A DNA stretch of 63,600 nucleotides, counting the filler, from Lama guanicoe (Eukaryota): NCBI GenBank assembly GCA_013239625.1. It is 135 parts of 135 records of this genome, joined end to end, with 100 filler letters (N's around TTAATTAATTAA, not from the genome) between each part and the next. Parts side by side here need not be neighbours in the genome. Positions count along the whole stretch, not along the records: positions 37,702 to 38,073 come from PNXV01058604.1; positions 38,174 to 38,545 come from PNXV01058605.1; positions 38,646 to 39,017 come from PNXV01058606.1; positions 39,118 to 39,489 come from PNXV01058607.1; positions 39,590 to 39,961 come from PNXV01058608.1; positions 40,062 to 40,433 come from PNXV01058609.1; positions 40,534 to 40,906 come from PNXV01058610.1; positions 41,007 to 41,379 come from PNXV01058611.1; 127 more parts are not named here. One strand, 5' to 3'. Shown piece by piece: positions 37,702 through 49,887 of this stretch. The translations under genes were made by a program, and so were the position numbers. Below the pieces are notes generated by a model. It was not told the DNA's origin. It saw only the letters and a program-made list of their open reading frames with translations, and did no database searches. Position 1 is the stretch's first letter, and each line of letters begins with the position of its first letter.

Positions 37702-38073
37702 GAACTTTCCTGGATCATGGCAATGTTCCCTACCTCATAGGTTGCATTTACACAGGTGTATGCATTTGCCAAAACTTAGCTGACACACTGTTAAGATGTG
37801 TATGTTTCAGTATATGTAAATTTTACACAGGATGGGTAAATATATATTGATCATTAGGTAATAATATACATGCTGAAGTATTTAGGGACAGTAAACAGAA
37901 ATCCGCAATTTATCTGGGGAAAGAAAAACAAATGAACAGCAAACACTGCCTCTGATCTCATACCATATACACAAAAATAGAAAACCCACAGAATGAATGA
38001 AAATATTTGCAAATCATATAACTGATAAGGGATTAATATCTAGAATATATGAAGAACTCCTATAAAAACAACA
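37702..38073 (+). mobile_element. L1MC/ME 3' end plus L1 ORF2 fragment
   Basis: 'tacacaggtgtatgcatttgccaaaact', 'acccacagaatg..aatatttgcaaatcatataactgataagggattaatatctagaatatat'. Confidence 0.8.
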
Positions 38074-40061
38074 NNNNNNNNNNNNNNNNNNNNNNNNNNN
38101 NNNNNNNNNNNNNNNNNTTAATTAATTAANNNNNNNNNNNNNNNNNNNNNNNNNNNNNNNNNNNNNNNNNNNNACATTTCCTCAATCTTGTTGGACTGAA
38201 AATTTGTGCTCCCACCCCCAGTATTCTTTCTTCCTGTTTCTTTCTCTGTTGTTGCTTGCTTAACCTATTCCTACTTGTTAAGACTCAATTTAAATGGCAC
38301 CTGCTCTGAAAACTTTGACTCACTAACTCAGATTGAGCTGCTTTTTCATTAATAAAACCTAATCATTGCTTTATATGAACACTTAGGTTGTACTTTTTTA
38401 ATTTCCAAGTCTCTCTCACTGTCCTGGAGTTTAACTCTTCATTGAATATCTAGTAACTGGCAGAGAGTTTGGTACGTAGTAAGGATTCACCCATTCAGGT
38501 TTTAATTCTGAAATTCTTTAAAGTTTCATAAGCTTCTTGACTGTANNNNNNNNNNNNNNNNNNNNNNNNNNNNNNNNNNNNNNNNNNNNTTAATTAATTA
38601 ANNNNNNNNNNNNNNNNNNNNNNNNNNNNNNNNNNNNNNNNNNNNTTATTGTTCTGTGGCAACTGGAGTAGGAGGCTAGAAAGTCAGGTCTCCATCCTCT
38701 GGCAGTATTGTCTCCACCTCCCAGCTACCCTGGGCAGGGTCATACAAAGAGGACCAGCACTCACAGCAGTCACTCCACGGCACTGGCCTCCTGCCCTCCT
38801 GGTCTTGATCTTGATGGGTCCGTTCTTTCAGGTCCGTTGATCTGTCACTTGATGGAGTGGGTTACAGAGAAGGCAAAGCCCTCACTGACTAGGAACTGAG
38901 GTGGGCACCAGAAGTGCCGTCAGCCTGGAAAACCATGGGTGGCAGCCAAGCCTGCAGGAGGGAGTCACTGTCTAAGGCAGCCTGTCAGTCAGAGTTGTGT
39001 TTTCGCAGGTGCTCTTANNNNNNNNNNNNNNNNNNNNNNNNNNNNNNNNNNNNNNNNNNNNTTAATTAATTAANNNNNNNNNNNNNNNNNNNNNNNNNNN
39101 NNNNNNNNNNNNNNNNNGTATGACACACCTGCACACACATGTCACAGAGACAGAAACCTACGTGCATGCACAGAGGTGTGCACGCTTGTGCAGCAGCCTA
39201 CGTCCACAGGTGCAATTCTGTGTGGTTTTTCAGATACAGACACTCACTTGTAACCTTAAGACTTCTGAATGACTCTAAAGTCATATACAGTACACGGCAG
39301 ACAACAATCTTATACAAGAGGCTCAGTTCGGCAGGAAACAGACCGCATCTGGCATTACGGGCAGGTCTCACCGCTGCCCGGCTTGGGCTGCACACTTTGT
39401 GCTGAGACGGAACGTGCACATCTCCCAATAACTGTAAATCAGGGTGAGCAGAGACAGATGGCACTGCTGGGAAGATTTTACTGCTTTAANNNNNNNNNNN
39501 NNNNNNNNNNNNNNNNNNNNNNNNNNNNNNNNNTTAATTAATTAANNNNNNNNNNNNNNNNNNNNNNNNNNNNNNNNNNNNNNNNNNNNTTTTTTTTTTC
39601 AGAAGAAAATACAAATTTTGAAAGAAACAAGTTTTGAGAGCAGTGCTTCATTTTCACAACTCTCACAACATTAACAGGAAGGGTATGGAGAGTTGCTGCA
39701 GGCTATCTTTGCTGTTAGACTCTTTGGCATTAACAAATTTTGTTTTATGTCATTTGGCATTTAAGGATAAGAGTTCCAAATGCACTCCTACTTTTTAATG
39801 ACGATATATACACATTTCTATTTTTTTCAATGCTAACAATAATTTTAATTCACTTTCCACCATTATACCTATTTTACTGAATTTTTCATAATTGACAAAT
39901 TTTATGTGCTTATCTAACTTCTTACAGGACATAATTTTGAAGTTATCTTATGAACACTGCANNNNNNNNNNNNNNNNNNNNNNNNNNNNNNNNNNNNNNN
40001 NNNNNTTAATTAATTAANNNNNNNNNNNNNNNNNNNNNNNNNNNNNNNNNNNNNNNNNNNN

Positions 40062-40433
40062 AAAAAAAAACTCCCAACAAAGTCCAGGACTTCACAGGTA
40101 AATTCTATCAAACATTTAACGAAGAGGTATTACCTCTCCTTCTCAAACTATTCCAAAAAATTGAAGAGGAAGGAACACTTCCAAACTCATTCTATGAGGC
40201 GTTACCCTGATACCAAAACAAGACAAGGGCACCACAAGAAAAGGAAATTACAGGCCGATATCCCTGAGGAACATAGATGCAAAAAATTCTCAAACTGAAT
40301 ATAACAAGCGTTAAAAGGATGCTACACCATGATCAAGTGGGGTTTATCTCAGCATGGTTCAATATCCACAAATCCATCAATGCGATATATCACATTAACA
40401 AATTGGAGTGCAAAAATCATATGATCATTTCAA
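40062..40433 (+). mobile_element. L1 ORF2, N-terminal part of the RT domain, frameshifted
   Basis: [37 protein letters not shown] / [15 protein letters not shown] / HHDQVGFI / [16 protein letters not shown]. Confidence 0.95.
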
Positions 40434-40687
40434 NNNNNNNNNNNNNNNNNNNNNNNNNNNNNNNNNNNNNNNNNNNNTTAATTAATTAANNNNNNNNNNN
40501 NNNNNNNNNNNNNNNNNNNNNNNNNNNNNNNNNTAGAGCAAGGAAATAAATGTCACGTGCTCACATGTAAGCTCACACACATTTATGTCTAAGGCTACGT
40601 GTGTGTGTTTATCTGTTACATAGCTATTTATAAGTATGTATCTGTGTGAACATATAGAGGAAAATCTGTCTCTGTCTCAATATCACA

Positions 40688-40854
40688 TCAGTACTCCCAA
40701 TTCTTTCTTTTCTTTTTTTTTTTAGGGACATCAGTGGTTTAATGGGCAGGGGGAGCTTACACACCTGAAGCAAGGTCCTGGAGTGACACCTCACTGTTTG
40801 CCGTGGATGTCGGGTGGGTCATGGTGGCAGTCTTTGCTCAATACTCCTAATTCT
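40688..40854 (-). pseudogene. 5'-truncated retrocopy of an unidentified mRNA 3' end, with poly(A) and a 17-bp target-site duplication, inserted in an old L1MC-like element
   Basis: TSDs TCAGTACTCCCAATTCT (40688-40704) and TCAATACTCCTAATTCT (40838-40854); T-tract at 40705-40723; ATTAAA on the minus strand at 40743-40738. Confidence 0.75.
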
Positions 40855-41006
40855 AACCCAACAAGTCAGGGTCCTTTTTAGCCCTTCCCCTTTCTACAGC
40901 TATAAGNNNNNNNNNNNNNNNNNNNNNNNNNNNNNNNNNNNNNNNNNNNNTTAATTAATTAANNNNNNNNNNNNNNNNNNNNNNNNNNNNNNNNNNNNNN
41001 NNNNNN

Positions 41007-41379
41007 CAGCGTCTAGAAGCAGCGCTATACAGTAGCACTGATTGCACTTAGTGCCTGGATTTTTATTTCGAAGGACCACTTCTCACTAAAAGAAAAGTGC
41101 TCCTTGGAGAAATGGCTGATTCCAAGTGTGGGGCTAGGAAACTGCAAGTGAGTCATGTGATTGCAGAAAGCTGGAACATGCTCATTGACAAAAGGACACA
41201 GGAGTTGGCTTAAAGGAGCCACTGGACAAATTTGGGACACACTGAACATCACAAAGAATTAACAGTAACAGATTGTAAGACACTGAATCAAAGGTTCCAT
41301 GAATCCATGCTGACAGATAAAAGGGAACAGGGAGGAGCAGGGAGACAATACCCTTAACAGATAGATGCCAGCTAACGAA
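41007..41379 (+). mobile_element. L1MC/MD 3' region
   Basis: 'gtgcctggatttttatttc..gctccttggagaaatggctgattccaagtgtggggc'. Confidence 0.7.
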
Positions 41380-41994
41380 NNNNNNNNNNNNNNNNNNNNN
41401 NNNNNNNNNNNNNNNNNNNNNNNTTAATTAATTAANNNNNNNNNNNNNNNNNNNNNNNNNNNNNNNNNNNNNNNNNNNNAAAAAAAAAAGAGTATCTTAG
41501 ACCTGTGTCTGTGATAAGTGCAATAAAAAAGAGAAATGAAAAGAAACTCTTTAGAAGGAACCTAAAGCCAAGGCCTGAACAAGCCTTTTTAATCCTCTCT
41601 CCAAGCCAGCCATCCACCGACCACGAGCTGCCTGGGGACCTGGTGCTTTGTTCACTGAAGTAGCTGAACAGCTAGTCTGTGTGCCCGTGCAGACACACAC
41701 CACTCGCTGAATTAATTAGTAACTGGGAAGCCCAGGTGGAGTCAGCGGCTCTGTCCTGAATGATCTTGTATCAGTGTGTCACTCTACAGAGTGACACAGT
41801 AACCTATTTCCTTATCAGTCTGTCTCCAACAGGACCTGCAGCATCCCTCAGGNNNNNNNNNNNNNNNNNNNNNNNNNNNNNNNNNNNNNNNNNNNNTTAA
41901 TTAATTAANNNNNNNNNNNNNNNNNNNNNNNNNNNNNNNNNNNNNNNNNNNNGGGGGGGTGATTATTAAAGAGAGATTCCTGGACCCCACTCTC

Positions 41995-42325
41995 TGTTAC
42001 CAAAGGCAAGTTTGTGTGCTCGACATACCATGAAGCCAAGCAAATGGAAACATCAGAGTTTGGAGCAGAGAAAGTTTTATTGTAGGGCTGAGCAATGAGG
42101 ACAGGGCGGCTCATGCCCAAGAAAACCCCAAACTCCCTGAATGGTTTCAGCAAAGCATATTTAAAGGCTAAGCAAGGGAGGGGTTGCAGGGTATGTGATC
42201 AGCTAGTGCACAATCCTCTGACTGGTTGAATCTGAGGCAACAGGGAGGTCAACACCATCAACTCCTGGGTGCCAGAAGGTCTGGAGGCTATGTTCTCATC
42301 AGATAATTTCTTCCCTTTGGTGGTG
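41995..42325 (-). mobile_element. ERV1-type LTR 3' end (cetartiodactyl type)
   Basis: TG terminus 'tgttacca'; antisense poly(A) signal 'gagtttggagcagagaaagttttattg'; antisense TATA-like 'gcatatttaaagg'. Confidence 0.7.
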
Positions 42326-42469
42326 NNNNNNNNNNNNNNNNNNNNNNNNNNNNNNNNNNNNNNNNNNNNTTAATTAATTAANNNNNNNNNNNNNNNNNNN
42401 NNNNNNNNNNNNNNNNNNNNNNNNNCATATCCATCTTCAGAGTGTCCGCCTTTGGGAACTGGGAAGCGC

Positions 42470-42630
42470 GTTTCCGGCCACAAATCAGCGACGCCGGCGG
42501 CGCGGACGCCCCAGCATGCACCTGGGCGCGGCGGCGCCTGCGCGGGGGCAGCGCGCGTGATCGACGGCACGGGCGCTGCGCGGGGAAGCCTCGCCGGGAG
42601 GAGCGGCGCGCCTGAAGGTCCGTCTGGGGG
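42470..42630. promoter_or_regulatory. CpG-island-like segment
   Basis: Dense CpG run (gacgccggcggcgcggacg..gcgcggcggcgcctgcgcgg); no gene identified. Confidence 0.55.
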
Positions 42631-42898
42631 GAAGTAACACAAGTAATTGTTCTCAGAAAAAGCAGAAATTGGTATTTCACCGGCAGCCCGAGCTGCACAG
42701 AAGCACTTGAAACTTCTGTGGCTGGTATCCTTCATCTGAAAGTCACCAAGTTGTTTAAACAATCCCTCATCTGGGGATTTGGCAGCTGCAGCCGCGCANN
42801 NNNNNNNNNNNNNNNNNNNNNNNNNNNNNNNNNNNNNNNNNNTTAATTAATTAANNNNNNNNNNNNNNNNNNNNNNNNNNNNNNNNNNNNNNNNNNNN

Positions 42899-43271
42899 GA
42901 GCTGTGGGCTTTTCGTGTTTCCACATTTGTTTTCTACTGAGTTACAACTTCGTTGACATCACTGGGAGTGTGTTCCACTCTCCACTCCAAATCCAGTCAG
43001 CTGTTGTCTGCCTTTTTTTCCCCCAGGCTCACCTTGCCTTGGCGAGCAAGGGGGAGTGTGGAGCAGGCCCAGGCAGAAAGCTGCTCTCTCTTCTACAGTC
43101 TGACCTCAAACCCTAGCAGCCTTTCATAAAGAAAAGCTCCCCAACTGGTTGTTTGTTGATTTTCAGAGTCCTGAAATCATTGTTTTTGAAAATTTTGTTC
43201 CGTTGTCATAGCTGTTTCTTTCGGAGGAGGATTTGTCAACCTCTTTACTTGCTGTGGCCAGAAGTGCCCTC
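42899..43271 (-). mobile_element. Old L1M 5' end
   Basis: 'gattttcagagtcctgaaatcattgtttttgaaaattttg..ttcggaggaggattt..ggccagaagt'. Confidence 0.55.
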
Positions 43272-43889
43272 NNNNNNNNNNNNNNNNNNNNNNNNNNNNN
43301 NNNNNNNNNNNNNNNTTAATTAATTAANNNNNNNNNNNNNNNNNNNNNNNNNNNNNNNNNNNNNNNNNNNNAAAAAAAAAAGAAAAACTCAAAGAAACAA
43401 TGAAAATAGAATGAGAGAATTTTTAATACAAGAATTGAATGCTTGTTATTCAAGTACACTTTACGGCTTCAATTTTGAGAAATGAATAACCCAACTTGAA
43501 GGATTTTGCTAGACAAGAGAAAAAGAGGAGGAAAAGTGGGTCTTTGGCGGTATATAAAAGTGGTATGTCACAGCTTCAACTCATATCAAAGACGAGAAAG
43601 CAATTAATCAGGAGTAAATTATAGAAATAAAATGGATGTGTGCTCAAACTTGTATAAATGTCAGTTTTGCTTGATGGCTCTGCCCATTAAGAAACAGAAA
43701 TTGGAAATTTGAAATACTGTATTATAAATTCTGTGGAATAGCTNNNNNNNNNNNNNNNNNNNNNNNNNNNNNNNNNNNNNNNNNNNNTTAATTAATTAAN
43801 NNNNNNNNNNNNNNNNNNNNNNNNNNNNNNNNNNNNNNNNNNNGAAGCAGACGGACCACTGACTCTGCAGGGGGCAACCGCAATGTTCC

Positions 43890-44216
43890 ATCTGATGTGC
43901 CTGTGTGGCCAGGCCATGGTGCCAGGTTGTTTGGCTAAATGCCAGTCTGGACGTTGCTGTGAAGGCATCTTTTATATGTGACTGATATTTAATTCAGCAC
44001 AGTGTGGGTGGGCCTCATCCAGTAAGTTGAAGGTCTTAAGAGCAAGGGACCTAGGTTCCCCAAAGAAGTGATTCTGCCTTCAGGCTGCAACCCAGAAACC
44101 CCACCTGAGTGTCCAGCCTTCAGCCTCAAGACTGCAATGTCTGCTCTTCCCTGGGTCTCCAGCCTGCCCTGCAGACTTCACACTCGTCATCCCCCGACAC
44201 CTCTCTCCCTCTCTCT
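43890..44216 (+). mobile_element. MLT2 (ERVL) LTR
   Basis: 'ggccatggtgccaggttgtttggctaaatgccagtctggacgttgctgtgaagg..gtgggtgggcctcatccagtaagttgaaggtcttaagagc'. Confidence 0.85.
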
Positions 44217-44537
44217 NNNNNNNNNNNNNNNNNNNNNNNNNNNNNNNNNNNNNNNNNNNNTTAATTAATTAANNNNNNNNNNNNNNNNNNNNNNNNNNNN
44301 NNNNNNNNNNNNNNNNTATTATTATTATTATTATTAAGACCTTTTATATTATTATTTTAAAACTAATACATTGACTTGTTGCAAGATAGATGTTTCATAA
44401 TTGTTCAAATGTCATCCAATTCCTAATATAAAATGTTTTAAACTTATTGAGCAGAAACGTATTTCATGGAAATTCTGTGTTTTGTTTGCAATACTGCAAA
44501 TTCAAGTTCAAAGAATGTGAAATTTTACCTAAAATTA

Positions 44538-44689
44538 GTGGTGTGCTGGCGCTGACTCACTTAATCTCATGAGAGCTAACTGTGCAAGTGTCTTTCCAGT
44601 GCCATCAAGTTGGTTGCTTGAAATCAACCATGTTTAGAGTGTTTACACCAGGGACGATGCAAACTTTCGAAATCAAGACTTTCCTCTTG
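44538..44689 (+). mobile_element. MER63-like hAT (Blackjack) DNA transposon
   Basis: 'agtggtgtgctgg..catgagagctaactgtgca..ttggttgcttgaaatcaaccatg..gtttacacca..gcaaac..aaatcaag'. Confidence 0.7.
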
Positions 44690-45854
44690 NNNNNNNNNNN
44701 NNNNNNNNNNNNNNNNNNNNNNNNNNNNNNNNNTTAATTAATTAANNNNNNNNNNNNNNNNNNNNNNNNNNNNNNNNNNNNNNNNNNNNTTTACTCCCTC
44801 ATCTCTGCACAGGTGAGTATTTTTATGTGAAATGAATCAAGTTATAATAAATACCCACAGTAGCCTGAAGAGGAAAATAAGTTATAGTAAAACAAAGGTG
44901 GAGATTATACAAAAGACTCTGAATCTCTTTTTCTTAGTACAAGGTTTACTTGAGTTACTGAATAATAGAAAACAGTAAACAAATTACATGGAAACAGTGT
45001 TAAGTTCCAGTGCAGTGTGTAAACATCAATCTCTTTCAAATCCCAGATTAAAAATTGAATAGTTTTGAGACAGGAGGAAAGGCGGCATGGCACAACCTTT
45101 AAAAGAATGACATAGCAATTGAGGATAGGACATAAACTGGTTAGAACCAACTTGGCCCAAGANNNNNNNNNNNNNNNNNNNNNNNNNNNNNNNNNNNNNN
45201 NNNNNNTTAATTAATTAANNNNNNNNNNNNNNNNNNNNNNNNNNNNNNNNNNNNNNNNNNNNGGGTGTTCTGGACACATATAATTTATTTCTTCAAGAAT
45301 GCCCAGTTACCTGAGCCTTTTAATTGTTCCTTTCACCATCTGCCATGGCAATTCCACTTGGCTTAACAACAGGCCTTCTCTTTACTTTTTCCATGTTATG
45401 AGGAATTGTTTCCTGAAATCTTTGTTTATAATCCTCTGTCTTAGGAGAGGGCTTCCAAATCTATCAACTCTTCTCTGCACTTTTTGTTGCTGTTGTTCTG
45501 GACCCCTTGAACAAGCGTGCTATTAAGTCTTGCCATTTGTTTTGGACATATGATCTTGCCTTCCTTAACAGGCCTGGAATATCCCCAGCTAGTCTGTGCC
45601 ATGACCTAACCCTAGCCACATGCCTAGTCAGGAAGNNNNNNNNNNNNNNNNNNNNNNNNNNNNNNNNNNNNNNNNNNNNTTAATTAATTAANNNNNNNNN
45701 NNNNNNNNNNNNNNNNNNNNNNNNNNNNNNNNNNNTGTATTTATTTGTCTTACACTTTCAACCAAGTGTTATTTCTTTCTCATAGGTACATCATATCTCC
45801 CTGGATATTATGAGAACATAAAACAAATGCAGGATGAGGAGTTAAAAAACATCT

Positions 45855-46030
45855 GGATCAAGCCACAGCTCTGTCATTTACTAGCTCTTTGGTCTTAGAG
45901 AAGGGTCTCAACCTCTCTGAGCTTCAATTTTTTTTTAGCCTAAAATGGATATAATAATTCTCATCTCCTGTGTATTCTGAAAACATAGCATGATCCAATA
46001 CAAGTGAAAATATATTAGAAAGTGAAGGCT
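45855..46030 (+). mobile_element. MIR SINE
   Basis: 'cagctctgtcatttactagct..caacctctctgagcttcaattt..taaaatggatataataat'. Confidence 0.7.
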
Positions 46031-46279
46031 TGTATCAGTGGTTTAAAAATATAGGCAATTGGAATTTTTCTCCCCAGATGAAATTGCTAGTAGAATCCCA
46101 ATAACAAANNNNNNNNNNNNNNNNNNNNNNNNNNNNNNNNNNNNNNNNNNNNTTAATTAATTAANNNNNNNNNNNNNNNNNNNNNNNNNNNNNNNNNNNN
46201 NNNNNNNNAGGTTCTCAGGACGCAGGTTACAGGTCATGCTGCTCCTGGGAGGCGGGCGCGGTGCAGTCAGTGTGCGGGG

Positions 46280-46581
46280 GCAGCTGCAGCGGGAAATGGG
46301 AGCAAATCCCCAGGCTTGCACGGGGTCAGCCCCAGTCATGACACCGCCGCTGCCGCCCTCTGACCGCGCTGCACCCGCCTCCCAAGAGCAGGCTGACAGG
46401 GAGAAGTGCGTTCCGTGAAGCTGGGGCAGCAGAGGCCGCCCCAAAGCCAGGCAGCGGGGGAGATGGGAGCAAGTGGACAGGGTCGCAGAGGCATCTCCTA
46501 CACTCATTGACGCTGCCCCCTGACCGCACCACGCCTGGTTCCGGGCAGCAGGCTGACAGGGAGACCTGCCTTCCAGGAAGC
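46280..46581. repeat. Degenerate GC-rich tandem repeat, period about 160-167 bp, about 1.9 copies visible
   Basis: ATGGGAGCAA at 46296 and 46463; exact 18-mer AGCAGGCTGACAGGGAGA at 46387 and 46547; a collinear 'ctgaccgc' block in both copies. Confidence 0.7.
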
Positions 46582-46894
46582 NNNNNNNNNNNNNNNNNNN
46601 NNNNNNNNNNNNNNNNNNNNNNNNNTTAATTAATTAANNNNNNNNNNNNNNNNNNNNNNNNNNNNNNNNNNNNNNNNNNNNAAAAAAAATTTATAAATTG
46701 ACCAGAAGACAGACCTAGAGCCACACATATATACTACTTATTCAAAAGAGAAACATAGTTTGATGGCTTACAGATTTAACCTCAAAGAACATAACAATAT
46801 TTTCTAAGCAGATAGGGTAGAGGTTCCCTGGAGAAAAAGAAAGAACCAGGCCTGGCTTTCTTGACATAAGAGAAGCCATTTTTTTCATTTACAC

Positions 46895-47054
46895 ACCACT
46901 ATATATAAAATATATAAACAACAAGAACCTACTGTACAGCACAGGGAGCTATATTCAGTATCTTGAAATAACCTATAATAGAAAAGAATCTGAAAAAGAA
47001 CATATATATGTATAACTGAATCACTGTGCTGTATACCTGAAACTAACACAACAT
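46895..47054 (+). mobile_element. L1 3' UTR (cetartiodactyl type)
   Basis: 'aacaacaagaacctactgtacagcacagggagctatattcagtatcttgaaataacctataat..aactgaatcactgtgctgtatacctgaaactaacacaacat'. Confidence 0.92.
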
Positions 47055-47627
47055 NNNNNNNNNNNNNNNNNNNNNNNNNNNNNNNNNNNNNNNNNNNNTT
47101 AATTAATTAANNNNNNNNNNNNNNNNNNNNNNNNNNNNNNNNNNNNNNNNNNNNGGGGGGAGGGCAGTGACAATGCACAGTCCCTTAAAGACTTGAGCTA
47201 AGGTGGAGTTCTGAGGCAGATCTCCCACGCTGCTACTGGCCCAAGGGTGTGCTTCCCAGGAGCGACTGAAATGGGCATTTGCCCTCAAAGCCACCCAACC
47301 TTTCCTTTGCTTTCCAATCAAGGCTTCCCTCCTCCAACCTCAGGTCCATGATTTATTTGTTTCTTAAATTTTAGTGGTGAGGAACCTTGGTGATTTCCCC
47401 TACTACCCACATACCCACCAATGCATTAAAAATTTTGTTTTTGCAAGATCCAGTTGTTTTATAGAGAGGTACCATCTAGACCATCACACTGCCAAGAACA
47501 GAACATCCAGGCCACTTCTTAAAAGAANNNNNNNNNNNNNNNNNNNNNNNNNNNNNNNNNNNNNNNNNNNNTTAATTAATTAANNNNNNNNNNNNNNNNN
47601 NNNNNNNNNNNNNNNNNNNNNNNNNNN

Positions 47628-47842
47628 GGAGAGATAAATTAGGATTATGAGATTAACAGATACAAACTACTGTATATAAAGTATACAAGCAATAAGAATT
47701 TACTTCATAGCACAGGGAACTATATTCAATACCCTGTATAACCTATAACGGAAAAATAACCTGAAAAGTATATATATAACTGAATCACTTTGCCGTACAC
47801 ATAAAACTAAGAAAATTTTGTAAATCAACTACACTTCAATTT
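47628..47842 (+). mobile_element. L1 3' UTR (cetartiodactyl type)
   Basis: 'gataaattagga..gattaacagatacaaactac..agcacagggaactatattcaa..gtaaatcaactacacttcaat'. Confidence 0.92.
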
Positions 47843-48100
47843 TACACCACTTCATATGTAATGTAAGAAACTTAAAATGTATTTTCATTTCCCATTCCTG
47901 TCCTTTGTGACATTTTCATTATATATTTTACTTCTACATGCATTTTAAATTCCACAATACATTACTGTTTTGTGTTAGTCAATTATCTTTCCAAAAAATT
48001 NNNNNNNNNNNNNNNNNNNNNNNNNNNNNNNNNNNNNNNNNNNNTTAATTAATTAANNNNNNNNNNNNNNNNNNNNNNNNNNNNNNNNNNNNNNNNNNNN

Positions 48101-48151
<51 letters not shown>

Positions 48152-48470
48152 AGACATCTTCCTTATCCAATCATCTGTTGATGGACATTTAGGTTCCTTC
48201 CATGTTTTGGCTACTGTAAATAGTGTTACTGTGAACACTGGGGTGCATTGTTTTTTGAAATTAAGAGTTTTCTCCAGATATATGCCCAGGAGTTGGTTTG
48301 CTGGCTCATATAGTAAGTCTATTTTTAATTTTTTAAGGAATCTCCACACTGTTTTCCATAGTGGGTCCATCAAATTATATTCCCACCAGCAGTGTAGGAG
48401 GGCTCCCTTTTTCTCCACACTCTCTCCAGCATTTATCGTTTGTGAACTTTTTAATGATGGCCATTCTGAC
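48101..48470 (-). mobile_element. L1 ORF2 C-terminus, with a (TC)n(TA)n microsatellite at 48101-48148
   Basis: [62 protein letters not shown]. Confidence 0.95.
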
Positions 48471-48570
48471 NNNNNNNNNNNNNNNNNNNNNNNNNNNNNN
48501 NNNNNNNNNNNNNNTTAATTAATTAANNNNNNNNNNNNNNNNNNNNNNNNNNNNNNNNNNNNNNNNNNNN

Positions 48571-48941
48571 ACACACACACACACATACATATATATATGT
48601 ATTCCTTTTCATATTCTTTTTCATTATAAGCTATTTCGAGATATTGAATAGTGTTCCTGTGCTGTACATTGGGACCTTGTTGTTTATCTCTTTTATATAA
48701 AGTAGTTTGTATCTGCAAATCCCAAACTCCCAGTTTATTCCTCTTCTCTTCCCTTTCCCCCCGGTAACCATATGTTACCTGAGTCAGTTTCTATTTTTTG
48801 AATAAGTTCATTTGTGTTATCTTTTAAGATTGCATATATAAGTGGTATCATATGGTATTTTTCTCTCTCTCTCTTCCTTGCTTCACTCAGAGTGACAATT
48901 TCCAGGTCCATCCATGTTGCTGCAAATGGCATCATTTTATT
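48571..48941 (-). mobile_element. L1 ORF2 end and 3' UTR
   Basis: MPFAATWMDLEIVTLSE..EKYHMI, plus antisense 3' UTR motifs. Confidence 0.93.
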
Positions 48942-49514
48942 NNNNNNNNNNNNNNNNNNNNNNNNNNNNNNNNNNNNNNNNNNNNTTAATTAATTAANNN
49001 NNNNNNNNNNNNNNNNNNNNNNNNNNNNNNNNNNNNNNNNNTGCCTCTTCAGCTGCATGATAAAACTTAATTATCTCTGATGAAGCTAATGTAGGCAGAG
49101 AAGAGGAAGAGACTTGGTAAAGTTCCTACTATACACTTGATTAAACATAAACCCAAAGCTGATTATTAATAATAATTAGATGGCTGAAATAAGATATGTT
49201 GGAAAGCACAGATTCAGTTGCAATGTGTATTCATAAGGGAAAGACAAGCTGAAACTATTCTGCAAGGAATAACAGCTTACATAAATGCAGGAAGTGGTTT
49301 TATAAACAATTTTAAGTCACATATAGACTTTCGAGCTGATTTATAAAATCAGAATCTTTTAATTCAGCACTCCATAATTTCAGAGTCTGTGCCATTAAAT
49401 TCCAAGTTATATAANNNNNNNNNNNNNNNNNNNNNNNNNNNNNNNNNNNNNNNNNNNNTTAATTAATTAANNNNNNNNNNNNNNNNNNNNNNNNNNNNNN
49501 NNNNNNNNNNNNNN

Positions 49515-49887
49515 CATATCTTTGTTCATAGTATTCTCTTATGAATTTTTATATTACTGCAGTATTGTTTGTTATTTCTCCTCTTTCACTTCTAATTTTG
49601 TTTATTTAGGTCCTCTCTCATTTCTCCCTAGTGATCCTGGCTAGAGGTTTGTCAATTTTGTTTCTCTCTTCAAAAATCAGCTTTTGGGTTTACTGATTTT
49701 TTTCTGTCTTTTAAAAATTACCTCTTCACTTATTTGCTCTCTGATCTTTATTATTCCCTTCCTTCTAATGATTTTGGGTTTTCTTTGTTCTTTTTCATAT
49801 CTTTTATGTCACAGGTTAGGTTTATTTGAGATTTCTCTTGTTTCTTGATGAAGGTCTATATTACTATGAATGACCCTCTTAGAACTA
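49515..49887 (-). mobile_element. L1 ORF2 fragment (endonuclease-RT linker)
   Basis: 'ctggctagaggtttgtcaattttg..tcaaaaatcagctttt..tgctctctgatctttattatt'. Confidence 0.88.

Noticed and set aside
40780..40815. GSTP1 or LSM4 as parent of the small retrocopy (shared ..GKQ* ending)
   Set aside because: Only the last few codons resemble the recalled sequences; the upstream codons and 3' UTR do not, so the parent is left unassigned.
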